Counted from the first letter of the stretch, positions 19,646-28,598 are shown. The stretch is DNA of 64,000 nucleotides from a virus (IMGVR_UViG_2516653058_000003:8875-72874), one strand, 5' to 3'. Notes: generated by a model not told the origin, from the sequence alone. Numbers and translations are program-made.

Positions 19646-20470
19646 ATGAAAACTACTGACATACAAAACACTGCTAAAGCCGTTGATACTAGAATCAAAG
19701 GATACCGTACCCAACTAGGTACAATCACAAAAAAGAAAGCCGCTATTATTGCCGAAATGCCCGCATTGTTGGCCGACATTATTGCACTGGCAAACAGCAA
19801 CGATGAAAAGTATCAAGGAAAATTTGACCGTGCCGCTGCTATGGCCGACGCGTTAAAATCTGAAAAAGGCCTTTTAAAAGAATGGGTGTCTGTTTGTGAG
19901 GGTAGAATTCCCCATAAGTTTACATCAAATAAACTAGGACAGATTGTCCTAGGCAAGCGTGACGCGGCACTACTATTAACAGCTCAGGAACTTAAGGCGC
20001 GTGATAGCAAAAAAGAACAGGACAAGGCAAGCAATGCGGCTTCCAGCGAGAAAAAACGCGAAACCTTGCAAGATAAGGCAAACCAAGCCGACCAATACAA
20101 GGCACTGGCGGAAACAGAACGCCAAAACAAAGAAAAGGCGTTAAAAGATAAACGCCTTGCTGAAAGCAAGCTTGCCAAAGCTGGTGACACCTTAGCCAAA
20201 GCTGAACAATTGGAAGCTGAATTGAAACAGCTTGACACCTTGAAGGTGCAAGCCGATAAACAATCATTCAAGATTGAAGAGCAAGAAAAGGAGCTTGCAC
20301 GCCTGCACGCTATGGAAGCTGAGTTTATAGCCACCAAGCAAGAAAACGCCACACTGACCACTAAAAACCGTGAATTATTAGGTTTGGTAACAGAGCTGCA
20401 AAACGAGAATGCAGAACTAAAAACCTTGCTGGCATTAGAAAGCGACATAAAAAGAGCGGCAAACAGCTAA
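19646..20470 (+). CDS. Coiled-coil hypothetical protein (first gene of the plus arm)
   Basis: About 274 aa, A/K/E/L-rich heptads; AAAGG before MKTTDI. Confidence 0.75.
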   Translation: MKTTDIQNTAKAVDTRIKGYRTQLGTITKKKAAIIAEMPALLADIIALANSNDEKYQGKFDRAAAMADALKSEKGLLKEWVSVCEGRIPHKFTSNKLGQIVLGKRDAALLLTAQELKARDSKKEQDKASNAASSEKKRETLQDKANQADQYKALAETERQNKEKALKDKRLAESKLAKAGDTLAKAEQLEAELKQLDTLKVQADKQSFKIEEQEKELARLHAMEAEFIATKQENATLTTKNRELLGLVTELQNENAELKTLLALESDIKRAANS

Positions 20471-20524
20471 ACCGCCACATAACATGCCGCGCCATTGGAT
20501 ATGGCGCGGGCAACCTCAGCCCAC

Positions 20525-20605
20525 CCCGTGCCATCTTCGGATAGCACGGGTTTTTGTGCTTCCCTAAAAGCCGCCGTGCGCACACCCTGCCTAGGCGGCT
20601 TTTTT
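20525..20605 (+). terminator. Two tandem intrinsic terminators
   Basis: CCCGTGC…GCACGGG-TTTTT (20525-20555) and AAAAGCCGCC…GGCGGCTTTTTT (20566-20605). Confidence 0.7.
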
Positions 20606-21030
20606 GTGCCCGCACATAACGCCAACGCCAACGCCCTCCCGTGCTGCGGCTGGCGTTTGTATGGCCTGCCGCACAGACAAAACAGATCCCCTCACGTTAG
20701 CGCGTGAGGAAATTTTCCAACCAAGGAATTATTTATGTCAGAAGCGATTATTGAATATCTGGAAACACTGGCCGATGAAATGCCTGACCCGGCCTTGTCC
20801 GACGTGCCCGCCATGCAGGATTTGCTGGAAGAGCTTTACGGTTAGGCGCGTGAAAGAATCTTCCAACCTGGCGTTTTTACGCCCGAAATTTAGCAGGTGA
20901 TTTTATGGAACTGTATGAAATTGTCCACCTTGCGGTGGCGGTGCTGTTTTGGCTGGCGTTTTTGACGGTCAGGGGGTGGGGAAAATAACTGGAAAGAACC
21001 CCGCCTTCCCTTACGTCATAGGTAGCAACA

Positions 21031-21046
21031 TGTCCCAGCACGGGCA
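21031..21046 (+). promoter_or_regulatory. CAGCAC-loop hairpin element
   Basis: TGTCC-CAGCAC-GGGCA; ACCGGAGAC at 21085. Confidence 0.55.
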
Positions 21047-21303
21047 GAGGTCGCGTCCGTAAGGGCGGAGGCCCTGCACTTTCAACCGGAGACACCGATT
21101 TTTAGATGCGGGCAAATAGTAACGGAGGTTTTTATGTAAGTCAACAAAATGTTGTAAACGACCAAATGTAACATTCAAAAACCCCGCCATGTATGGCGGG
21201 GGCGCCGTGTCAATACCGCAAGGAAGGTGTTTCAAAAGCACCTGCCAGCACGCCGCCTGCCTCAGTGGGGGTTTGCGGGAATAGATTGGGGACGGCATAC
21301 CCT

Positions 21304-21325
21304 GGGCGCACCTGCGCCCTTTTTT
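21304..21325 (+). terminator. Intrinsic terminator
   Basis: GGGCGCA-CC-TGCGCCC-TTTTTT. Confidence 0.55.
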
Positions 21326-21345
21326 ATGAGACAAAGGAAAAAACT

Positions 21346-21930
21346 ATGTTAACTATCAGAAATGTAGGCATCACGGAGGCGGACGGCCTTTATTGCCTGA
21401 ACGATTTGCACAAGGCCGGCGGGGGCGAGGAACGCCACAAACCTGCCAACTGGCTGCGCACCCAACAGGCCATCGAACTGGTGGCCGTTTTGGAGGCGGA
21501 GGCCGGAAACGCTAAGTCATTGATTTCAGCCGTTTCTCATATTCGAGCAACGGAACAAAATCAAATACTTACAGTTATTCAAGGTGGGGTCAGTTCCCAA
21601 CAAGGCACCTTCGTCTGCAGGGAGCTGGTCTATGCTTACGCGACGTGGGTGTCGCCGGTGTTTTTCCTCCACGTATTAAGGGCTTACGACGCTTTGATAC
21701 AGGCGGGGACGGTAGTCCCTGATGAATGTGGCGATAACGTGGCCGCGCTGCAGCGGGCGCTGGTGTCAATGACGGAGCGGACCGACAGGCATGATATGGA
21801 ATACCGGCGGATATTGGCGCTGTCACAGGGAAATTATAACTTTGCCCACAGCAAACTCATTGTCGTCGAAGAATTACGCAAACAAATCAACCTGTTGCAT
21901 GAAACCATACGGCAGATGGGCAGAAAGTAG
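21346..21930 (+). CDS. KilA-N domain protein (antirepressor-like)
   Basis: DGLYCLNDLHKAGGGEERHKPANWLR…GTFVCRELVYAYATWVSP; AAAGGA RBS before MLTIRN. Confidence 0.85.
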   Translation: MLTIRNVGITEADGLYCLNDLHKAGGGEERHKPANWLRTQQAIELVAVLEAEAGNAKSLISAVSHIRATEQNQILTVIQGGVSSQQGTFVCRELVYAYATWVSPVFFLHVLRAYDALIQAGTVVPDECGDNVAALQRALVSMTERTDRHDMEYRRILALSQGNYNFAHSKLIVVEELRKQINLLHETIRQMGRK

Positions 21931-21946
21931 CCTGTCACTGTGCCTT

Positions 21947-21978
21947 AGCCCCGGCGCCAATAGGCCACGGGGCTTTTT
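21947..21978 (+). terminator. Intrinsic terminator after the KilA-N gene
   Basis: AGCCCCG…CGGGGCT-TTTT. Confidence 0.65.
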
Positions 21979-22146
21979 ATGCCTGCCATATAGGCAGTAG
22001 CGGAGGTAACCTTATGAAAAGAATGGCGATCCCTAACGATGAGCTGAAAGTGCTGAGGGCTGAAAACCGCCTGAAGGCAGCCCTGTATTTCTTCAGCATC
22101 GTTTTCATCGCGTCGGTGATGGCGCTGGCGTTTGTCGGGGGCTGAC

Positions 22147-22404
22147 ATGGGGGCTTATGAAGAGATAGAGGCGCTGGTGGAGGCGTGCGACGACGTGGCC
22201 GCAGGGCAGGCGGGGCCAAGGGCGCTGGGGTTCCAGTACGGGTGGCTTAGGGGTGAGTTCAAGCACGTCCTGCGTGACCTGGGGCTGACAGAAGGGCAAG
22301 TGGCTAAAGTGGCTGAAATGGCCGAAAAACGGCGTTTAAAGGCGGTTATGCTGGCGACTGGTGAGGAGCGGGCGTTCGGGTGGGACAACAGGGCCAAGCG
22401 GTAG
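22147..22404 (+). CDS. Hypothetical protein
   Basis: 85 aa from MGAYEE; GC-rich codon usage like its neighbours. Confidence 0.55.
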   Translation: MGAYEEIEALVEACDDVAAGQAGPRALGFQYGWLRGEFKHVLRDLGLTEGQVAKVAEMAEKRRLKAVMLATGEERAFGWDNRAKR

Positions 22405-22410
22405 TGTTTG

Positions 22411-22468
22411 TTTCCGCAGGTTGGTAGCAGCGTACACCCAGCACGGGTAGGGGCTGCCTCTGCGGAAA
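22411..22468 (+). promoter_or_regulatory. Long CAGCAC-loop hairpin element
   Basis: Outer stem TTTCCGCAG/CTGCGGAAA, middle GCAGC/GCTGC, loop CAGCAC at 22439. Followed by a variant ACCAGAGAC with no ORF. Confidence 0.65.
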
Positions 22469-23116
22469 CTCCCAGCTTTGCAGTGTTCGGGCACCAGAGA
22501 CGGGACCCCGACACTGTTGTCAAGCAGTGAAAAGTATAAACTACTTTCTGTAGAAATCAACAAAATGTAACTTACAGAAGATAAAGATCAACTATAAATA
22601 CTAATATAACTATTATTTAGTATATTTTTATTGTTTATTAGTGTTTTTTGTCATTTTGCTTTGTTAGTGGCCCTATGTATTTTTTTCATAGGGGTCGGGG
22701 TTGCGATTTTGTTGTTACCTCAACTATATAACCCTCACCCTGAAAAACTGAGATATAGGGACTCTAACAAAGGAAATCGACAAAAACACTAATAATGCCA
22801 GCGGATTATCAACCGACAGCGCCATAAAAAACCAAAACCCACCCAAAACCCCACCTTTAACATTTATTGTAAACCAAACAAACAACAATAAATCTGCCAA
22901 AAACGCCCACGAAAACACCACCCGCAAGGCATAAAAAAGCCCCGTAAAGTACCCTTTCCGAGGCCAAATTCAGTAAACTGCATGCGCAGTTTACCAATTT
23001 TTGGGTATTATGTCAAGAAAAAGATGCAATTTTACACCTTGAAAAACACACTTTTTCTGCTTATTATTAGTGTTAAAATAGTAAAACACTAATGAAAACC
23101 CCAAAAAACAGGTGTT

Positions 23117-23276
23117 TCATTAGTGCTAAAGTAGTAGTCACTATTATGAAAACCCCGGAAAGCGACATCTCTTCGTTTTATACACTTGCAAAACGCAAGC
23201 TACAAAATGTCAAAAACGAAGAGATGTAGCTTTCTGTATAGGTTTCTAGTAGTGACCACTATTTTAGCACTAATGA
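23117..23276. repeat. Imperfect inverted repeat with ~63-bp arms in an AT-rich non-coding region
   Basis: TCATTAGTGCTAAA…ACATCTCTTCGTTTT (23117-23179) pairs with AAAACGAAGAGATGT…TTTAGCACTAATGA (23213-23276). Confidence 0.9.
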
Positions 23277-23384
23277 CGGACATATTATTAGTGCTATATT
23301 ATTGTTCATTTATAAGTGTTTCACTGTTATAGCTCTAATAATGTATAATCACAGTTTTATAGAGTCTTAAAAAGGTATTGAAAT

Positions 23385-24986
23385 ATGTCAAAAACTTTTA
23401 AAGGAAGAGCACCTTCCATCCTGCTGACGGCAAACGGACATACCCGTAACATTATGGAGTGGGCCGCCATTGTCTCCCCGGAAGACCCCCAACGGGCTGA
23501 ATTTGTGATCCGTGACCGGTACCAAAAAAGACGACGCCGGAACAGCCCGGTCACGGATGCCCAGGTCATTTATGGCCTGAGCTACCAAAGCACGGAAGAG
23601 ATGCCGATGGAGATGGGTCTGCCGCGCTTGTGCAGGATGTGGGTGCTGGAGGCGATGGACTTGGTGATGCCGCAGGTCGAGGAACACCTGTCCATGCGGA
23701 TGGCGGCATACCTGTCACAAAAGCACGGGACCCCGCCGCCTGGGGAATTCATCACGACCGATAAGTCTCTGCCTGCCAAGCGCCCAAAACCCAAACTAAA
23801 CCCAGTCCCAGGCGTAAACCCGTCCACGCCCGCCCTGAAGGTTGTCATGGATTGGCTAAAGGCGAACAACCTCGACGACCCTTTAATCGGGGACAACTAC
23901 CGGTCCGCCCAGCTGCTGATGATGTGCCAGGCCGACGAGCCGACGCCGGAGCTGTTGGCGTGGCATTTCGCCCTGCTGGATGAGACAGGCCTGTCCGCCC
24001 CCGTACCGGAAATCAAAAAGGAATTGCCTTACAAAACTGCAACCAAACACCAGGAGGAGTGGTGGGAACCTTACATCAAAACCCGCTACATCATTGACGC
24101 GTTCAAGGACGGCAGGGAGCCAGACCCGTTCACGCCAACGGACAACGCCGACACCCTCACCGAAGAGGAGGAAATGGAACTTGAAGCCCCTGCCTACACC
24201 CAAGAGTTCTGCCGGTCGTCGAAGGCACATGTCAATGAGGTGGTAGACCGCCGCTTCCTGAAGTCCCAGAACGAATACCTGTGCCTGATGCATAACAAAC
24301 AGGCCATAGACCGTCTTGACGGGCCGTCAGGCACCCAGGACGGGTTTGTCAAGTTCCTGAACTTTGCGTTTTTCGACATAGGGTTCCGGTGCGTGTTGCA
24401 GATCAGCGATTTCAGGACGTTGAACCGGGCGCAGCACGTCTATTTTCTGTCCGCCCTGTGCCGTAAGTTCAAGGCGTCGTTTGTGGGCAGGAACACCGAC
24501 CTCTGCGACAGCCTGTTGGAAAAGCTGTCCGAGTGGGGGCTTAACCCCCTGCCGCTGTCGCAGCTGCATAGGCACCCGTTGCTGTGCCACTTGCATTCAC
24601 GGGGCAACGAACAAGTGGCCGCTTCGCTTAAGCCATTGCTGGATTATGCGGACAGGCAGGGGCTGGATTACAACACCTACCAATATTGGGCGACTTTGGA
24701 TCACTACGAACACGAAACCCTGATCGACTTGGACCCTCTGTTCATCCCTGCAGAAATCAGGGAATCCGACAAGTACCAGGGGATATTGGACTCCTTGGTT
24801 GCCGCCACGAACTATGGCCGGAACATGGCCATGTGGCCGGAAGGGGTGGTGGCACCGAGGCCGGACATGGTGCCGTGCGACCTGTACGACGACCCCATAA
24901 AAGGCTACGATTACACCGTTTTCGACGGGGCGCCGTTGCTGGTTGACGGGTCCCATACGTTTGTTGTCTTGGAGGGGGTGGGGTGA
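23385..24986 (+). CDS. Large hypothetical protein (533 aa)
   Basis: Long ORF with coherent codon usage; TATAAT at 23344 upstream; N-terminal LTANGHTRNIMEWA motif; no family recognised. Confidence 0.8.
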   Translation: MSKTFKGRAPSILLTANGHTRNIMEWAAIVSPEDPQRAEFVIRDRYQKRRRRNSPVTDAQVIYGLSYQSTEEMPMEMGLPRLCRMWVLEAMDLVMPQVEEHLSMRMAAYLSQKHGTPPPGEFITTDKSLPAKRPKPKLNPVPGVNPSTPALKVVMDWLKANNLDDPLIGDNYRSAQLLMMCQADEPTPELLAWHFALLDETGLSAPVPEIKKELPYKTATKHQEEWWEPYIKTRYIIDAFKDGREPDPFTPTDNADTLTEEEEMELEAPAYTQEFCRSSKAHVNEVVDRRFLKSQNEYLCLMHNKQAIDRLDGPSGTQDGFVKFLNFAFFDIGFRCVLQISDFRTLNRAQHVYFLSALCRKFKASFVGRNTDLCDSLLEKLSEWGLNPLPLSQLHRHPLLCHLHSRGNEQVAASLKPLLDYADRQGLDYNTYQYWATLDHYEHETLIDLDPLFIPAEIRESDKYQGILDSLVAATNYGRNMAMWPEGVVAPRPDMVPCDLYDDPIKGYDYTVFDGAPLLVDGSHTFVVLEGVG

Positions 24987-24991
24987 AGCGC

Positions 24992-25138
24992 TATATTTAG
25001 AAATGGCCGCGTCGTCTAGTGGTTAGGGCATGGGTACTTGGAAACGTCGGTTCGAATCCGACTTAATCGTCTAGCGGCCTAGGACACCAGACCGCCGAAA
25101 CGCAGGTTCGAACCCTGTCGCGGCCATTTTTAAATATA
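24992..25138 (+). ncRNA. tRNA-mimic RNA with two D/T elbows, one extended acceptor stem and no anticodon arm
   Basis: Acceptor GGCCGCG/CGCGGCC; D-arms at 25014-25029 and 25069-25085; T-arms GTCGG-TTCGAAT-CCGAC and GCAGG-TTCGAAC-CCTGT; 20-bp closing helix. Confidence 0.75.
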
Positions 25139-25203
25139 ACCGGAGATGTAGGCCTGTTGCGGATGGATTCTGGGTGCATTCGATTTTTTACCAAGATCCA
25201 ACC

Positions 25204-25395
25204 TCAATGCCTTTTAAGCAGGCCCTTGCCCCCCTCCAACACCACCAGCAAATTTCTCCTCCCTTCTGCAATTTCCGAGGATTTATCCAAATCCTCGAAA
25301 TATTTTTTATCCCCGGACACCCACGCCTCCACCGCTTTCGCTAGCGCGGCCTCCACGTTAGTGGGCACAACAGTTGGTTTTTTGATGTGTACCAT
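25204..25395 (-). CDS. Small hypothetical protein
   Basis: 63 aa from MVHIKK, downstream of an AT-rich gap; the only plausible minus-strand ORF in this arm. Confidence 0.45.
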   Translation of the reverse strand: MVHIKKPTVVPTNVEAALAKAVEAWVSGDKKYFEDLDKSSEIAEGRRNLLVVLEGGKGLLKRH

Positions 25396-25629
25396 AATAA
25401 ATACTACATTTTGTAATAAATAACAAAAAGTATATAACGACGATGGTGTATTTTCAATATAAGTCAAATGGGTAATATTTACCCCGCCACGGTTTTCGTA
25501 GTTGTTGCGTGGTGGTTCACATATTTTGGTTTGGGCTTGTGGTTGTTGGGTTCCAATTGCCGCAGGCCCGAACAAACCCAGAACCTTCCCGTTGCGAGAG
25601 GTTTCTGGCTTTGTTCCCAGCAAAGCAGG

Positions 25630-25647
25630 CCAAGGCAGCACACTTGG
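25630..25647 (+). promoter_or_regulatory. CAGCAC-loop hairpin element
   Basis: CCAAG-G-CAGCAC-A-CTTGG upstream of ATG 25673. Confidence 0.55.
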
Positions 25648-25672
25648 AAATTTTAAAATAAGGATAGTGGCC

Positions 25673-25966
25673 ATGGATAGGATCAGTGCGGCGGCAGAAT
25701 TGGTGCGTAAGATCACCGAAGCGCAGCAGGCGGAGAAACAGCTTGAGGACCCGAACATCTGGGCGGACCGGGCAAGCCTTACCTGTGCATTGGTGGTCAT
25801 CCTCAACCTGTTCGTCCTGGCCGCCAAACTAATCTGCTCATGGTTCGATATCCAGCTGGACGTGCCGCCCGACTTGGTAAGCAACACCACCGAAATCGTC
25901 ACCTTTTTCGGTGTCCTCGTCGGCAACCGCATCCACATCGCTTCAAACAGGGACGCAGGCAAGTAG
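25673..25966 (+). CDS. Small two-TM membrane protein (holin-like topology)
   Basis: 97 aa from MDRISA; two hydrophobic segments and a charged C-terminus. Confidence 0.6.
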   Translation: MDRISAAAELVRKITEAQQAEKQLEDPNIWADRASLTCALVVILNLFVLAAKLICSWFDIQLDVPPDLVSNTTEIVTFFGVLVGNRIHIASNRDAGK

Positions 25967-26019
25967 TCCCTTATTCCCCGCCACGGATGGCTCCCTTTGT
26001 TTAAAGACCGGAGACACCC

Positions 26020-26679
26020 ATGCGACAAATCCCCATCAACGAGGGAAACCTCGTCAAGACAATCATCTGCGCTTGCGTACAGATGTTGGACTTTGGCCCG
26101 ATAACGACAGACCGTAAAGACCTTGAAGCGGCCTTATATTCCTGCGAGGAACTGAAGGCGTTCACGGAACCGTTTATCCGAAAAAACCTGGACCAGGCTA
26201 TTGGGATCAATCGCCAGCAACCTTCCGCACTTATAAACCGCTCCCTGCTGTTGGCCGCCACGGTCTCAAGGTCCCTTTATGCCGAAGTCGCATATAAGGT
26301 CCTGGTCGGCATATTGGCCAAGTTGGGGGTGGATTTTGACAAGCATGGCAGTTTTATCCGGGAAGTGGGAAAGGCGTTGGGCGGGTGGGATTCGGCGGTG
26401 GCGGCGATTATCGCAATAGCCGTCTTAGATGTTGCTGTAACAAAGGACTGGGACCGGCGGAAAGTCAAGGTGCTAACTGAAGAAGCAGAAACCCAATATC
26501 TGAAATTCAATAAAAACGGACGCGGATGCAGCTGCCACTTGAACCCACCCTGTTCGTCCTGCACCCATGTAGGTAATCCCACCAATCTCTTAGAAACCGA
26601 AAAAGATTGGGAGCTAGTGACGGTTGACGAAGCGGATGGCCGCACGACTTACGCCGAGTTGGAGGCAGCCGCCAGCTAA
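26020..26679 (+). CDS. Hypothetical protein with a CSCHLNPPCSSC motif
   Basis: ACCGGAGAC RBS; Cys/His cluster suggests metal binding. Confidence 0.75.
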   Translation: MRQIPINEGNLVKTIICACVQMLDFGPITTDRKDLEAALYSCEELKAFTEPFIRKNLDQAIGINRQQPSALINRSLLLAATVSRSLYAEVAYKVLVGILAKLGVDFDKHGSFIREVGKALGGWDSAVAAIIAIAVLDVAVTKDWDRRKVKVLTEEAETQYLKFNKNGRGCSCHLNPPCSSCTHVGNPTNLLETEKDWELVTVDEADGRTTYAELEAAAS

Positions 26680-26686
26680 TCAGCCT

Positions 26687-26714
26687 ACAAACCCTTCCGG
26701 CACGAGGGGTTTGT
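26687..26714 (+). promoter_or_regulatory. Hairpin element, variant loop CGGCAC
   Basis: ACAAACCCTTC-CGGCAC-GAGGGGTTTGT; ACCGGAGAC at 26747. Confidence 0.75.
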
Positions 26715-26761
26715 GGGGTGGATTAGCCACCATTTCAATTTAACAAACCGGAGACAAACTT

Positions 26762-27190
26762 ATGAAACGAACCCACAACATCCTCTGTATTTTAATCACC
26801 GCCGTAACCCTGTTTCTCGCGGCCTGCGGCAACCCCAGCCCCAGCGTCGATTTCGCCACGCTTGAGTCCGCCCGTATGCAGGCCAACGACAACTCCACCT
26901 ACAATGCCGCCTCTTTCCGCGCCACGCATCCCGAATACGCCGAATACTCGGTTTCCGCCCGTGGTGATTCCGCGCAGAAAGACAACTGCCCGCAAGGTGA
27001 CGGCTGGGCCAGTATTGACCTGACATTGGTTGCAGGGAATACAAAATCGGTGACAGCCTTGAAATGCTCCACTGTTTCGGAAGCCATCGGTTGCATGGCG
27101 GACGTGGACTTCAAGCAGCGAAGCTATGCGTCCCAGGATGGGAAGTGCGACACATCACTGCCGTTCCCGTTGCCAAAAATCAAAAAGTAA
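26762..27190 (+). CDS. Cys-rich lipoprotein
   Basis: Signal peptide with lipobox LAA-C; further Cys residues in the mature part. Confidence 0.75.
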   Translation: MKRTHNILCILITAVTLFLAACGNPSPSVDFATLESARMQANDNSTYNAASFRATHPEYAEYSVSARGDSAQKDNCPQGDGWASIDLTLVAGNTKSVTALKCSTVSEAIGCMADVDFKQRSYASQDGKCDTSLPFPLPKIKK

Positions 27191-27285
27191 GGCCTTGCCG
27201 GTCTCCTGACCAGCCTATAACCCATTCATTTGTTCGAGTGGGTTATGGGGTGGGAAACACCGATAACTTAACATAGGAGATATTT

Positions 27286-27426
27286 ATGTAATTAACCGAA
27301 TCAGAACAACAAGCCATCAACTCTTTTCTAGGGGGAAACTGGGCAGATTTTAAAAGATGTGCTGCCGCGTTCCTAGACGAGGACGAGATTGAAGAACTGG
27401 GACAAAAACTGGCTGATGGCCTGTAG
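27286..27426 (+). pseudogene. Small ORF with a stop at codon 2
   Basis: AGGAGA RBS, then ATG-TAA, then 44 open codons (LTESEQQAINSFLGGNW…GL). Confidence 0.55.
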
Positions 27427-27462
27427 CGTTACTTTTAATCGCTAACCGGAGACAGAAAACTA

Positions 27463-27879
27463 ATGTTCAAAAACTTACTCAAAAATGGCAAGAAATTACA
27501 AAACCGACAGCTCTTTGAGGCCGTCGTTGCAGGGGTGTTGCTGGTTGCCGCCGCAGGCGGTGACATCGGCAAGGCCGAGCGCGAAAAGATCGGCAAATTG
27601 TTGAAAAACAACCCGTCCCTCGACGTGTTCAAAAGCGAAATCACATCGGTGCAGACTGCTTATGAAAAGCAGTTGGATGCAGACTTTGACTTAGGTAAGT
27701 CCCGTTTGGTCAAAGAAATCCGCCAGGTTTCCGATACTCCAGACCACTGCACTGAAGTGTTCCTGAATGTGTTGTCCGTAGCAAAGGCCGATGGCGAGGT
27801 TGATGCCAAAGAGCTGGCCGTGATCAAAGAACTGGCCGACATCCTTGGCCAATCCTTAGAAGAATACGGTTTGGCCTGA
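27463..27879 (+). CDS. terB: TerB-family (tellurite resistance-like) protein
   Basis: AVVAGVLLVAAAGGDIGKAEREKI…VAKADGEVDAKELAVIKELADILG. Confidence 0.85.
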   Translation: MFKNLLKNGKKLQNRQLFEAVVAGVLLVAAAGGDIGKAEREKIGKLLKNNPSLDVFKSEITSVQTAYEKQLDADFDLGKSRLVKEIRQVSDTPDHCTEVFLNVLSVAKADGEVDAKELAVIKELADILGQSLEEYGLA

Positions 27880-28027
27880 TATGTGGGTCATTGCATCGGC
27901 TGAGTTCCTGCTGGCGTGTGTAGGGATTTATTTCATCGCGACACGCCTTAACCGGATACGGGACTTTATTGCCTTGAAATTCAAATGACTTTAACGTCCA
28001 GGGATGGACACAACCTAGGGGATAAGT

Positions 28028-28225
28028 ATGACCATCGTTAAAATCGCCTTACTGGCTGTGGCCGTCTATGTGACATGGCTAGCAGCCACGCACGGCTACC
28101 CAGCTTCTGGGAATATCAAAACCACCCAAGAGACTTGCCAAGGGGGTGTCACCTATTTGGAAACACGACGGGGCGGCATCACTGCCGCCTATAACACAGA
28201 CGGCAGCATAAGAACCTGCCAATAA
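28028..28225 (+). CDS. Small exported/membrane protein
   Basis: Hydrophobic N-terminus; C…C pair (TCQGGVTYL…IRTCQ). Confidence 0.6.
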   Translation: MTIVKIALLAVAVYVTWLAATHGYPASGNIKTTQETCQGGVTYLETRRGGITAAYNTDGSIRTCQ

Positions 28226-28238
28226 CCAGACAGCCATC

Positions 28239-28252
28239 GCAGCAGCACCTGC
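28239..28252 (+). promoter_or_regulatory. CAGCAC-loop hairpin element
   Basis: GCAG-CAGCAC-CTGC; ACCGGAGAC at 28265. Confidence 0.65.
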
Positions 28253-28277
28253 TTTGGACTGTTAACCGGAGACAGTT

Positions 28278-28598
28278 ATGGGGAAATTATCGGAACTCGT
28301 AAAGCTGTACAGTTCTTGGAAGGCCACCGGCTCTACCGATTCCAAGAAGCAAATAATAGAGCTGTTGCTCCCAGCGACGACAGGCACGGATTTAAAAAAT
28401 ATCCGCCTTCTGTCTGCCAACCAGCTGCATGTGGTGTTGTCAGTCCAGTACCACAACCGTAACTGGCCAGTTAAACTCCGCGCCACGTTTCACGGCGTGG
28501 AAGTTTTGGTGGCCGGTCAAGACCACAAAGGGGCGAAGAAGTACATCGCCGAAACATTCGCACGACAGTATATTGGTGGTAGCCATGCAGGAATTTGA
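28278..28598 (+). CDS. Hypothetical protein
   Basis: ACCGGAGAC RBS; 106 aa. Confidence 0.7.
   Translation: MGKLSELVKLYSSWKATGSTDSKKQIIELLLPATTGTDLKNIRLLSANQLHVVLSVQYHNRNWPVKLRATFHGVEVLVAGQDHKGAKKYIAETFARQYIGGSHAGI

Noticed and set aside
22724-22927. 67-aa hydrophobic minus-strand ORF
   Set aside because: It arises from low-complexity A/C-rich sequence in the AT-rich region and has no clear RBS.
25005-25126. Two ordinary tRNA genes (Pro-TGG and Gly-GCC)
   Set aside because: CTTGGAA and CCGCCGA resemble anticodon loops, but neither has a 3' anticodon-stem strand and only one acceptor stem exists.
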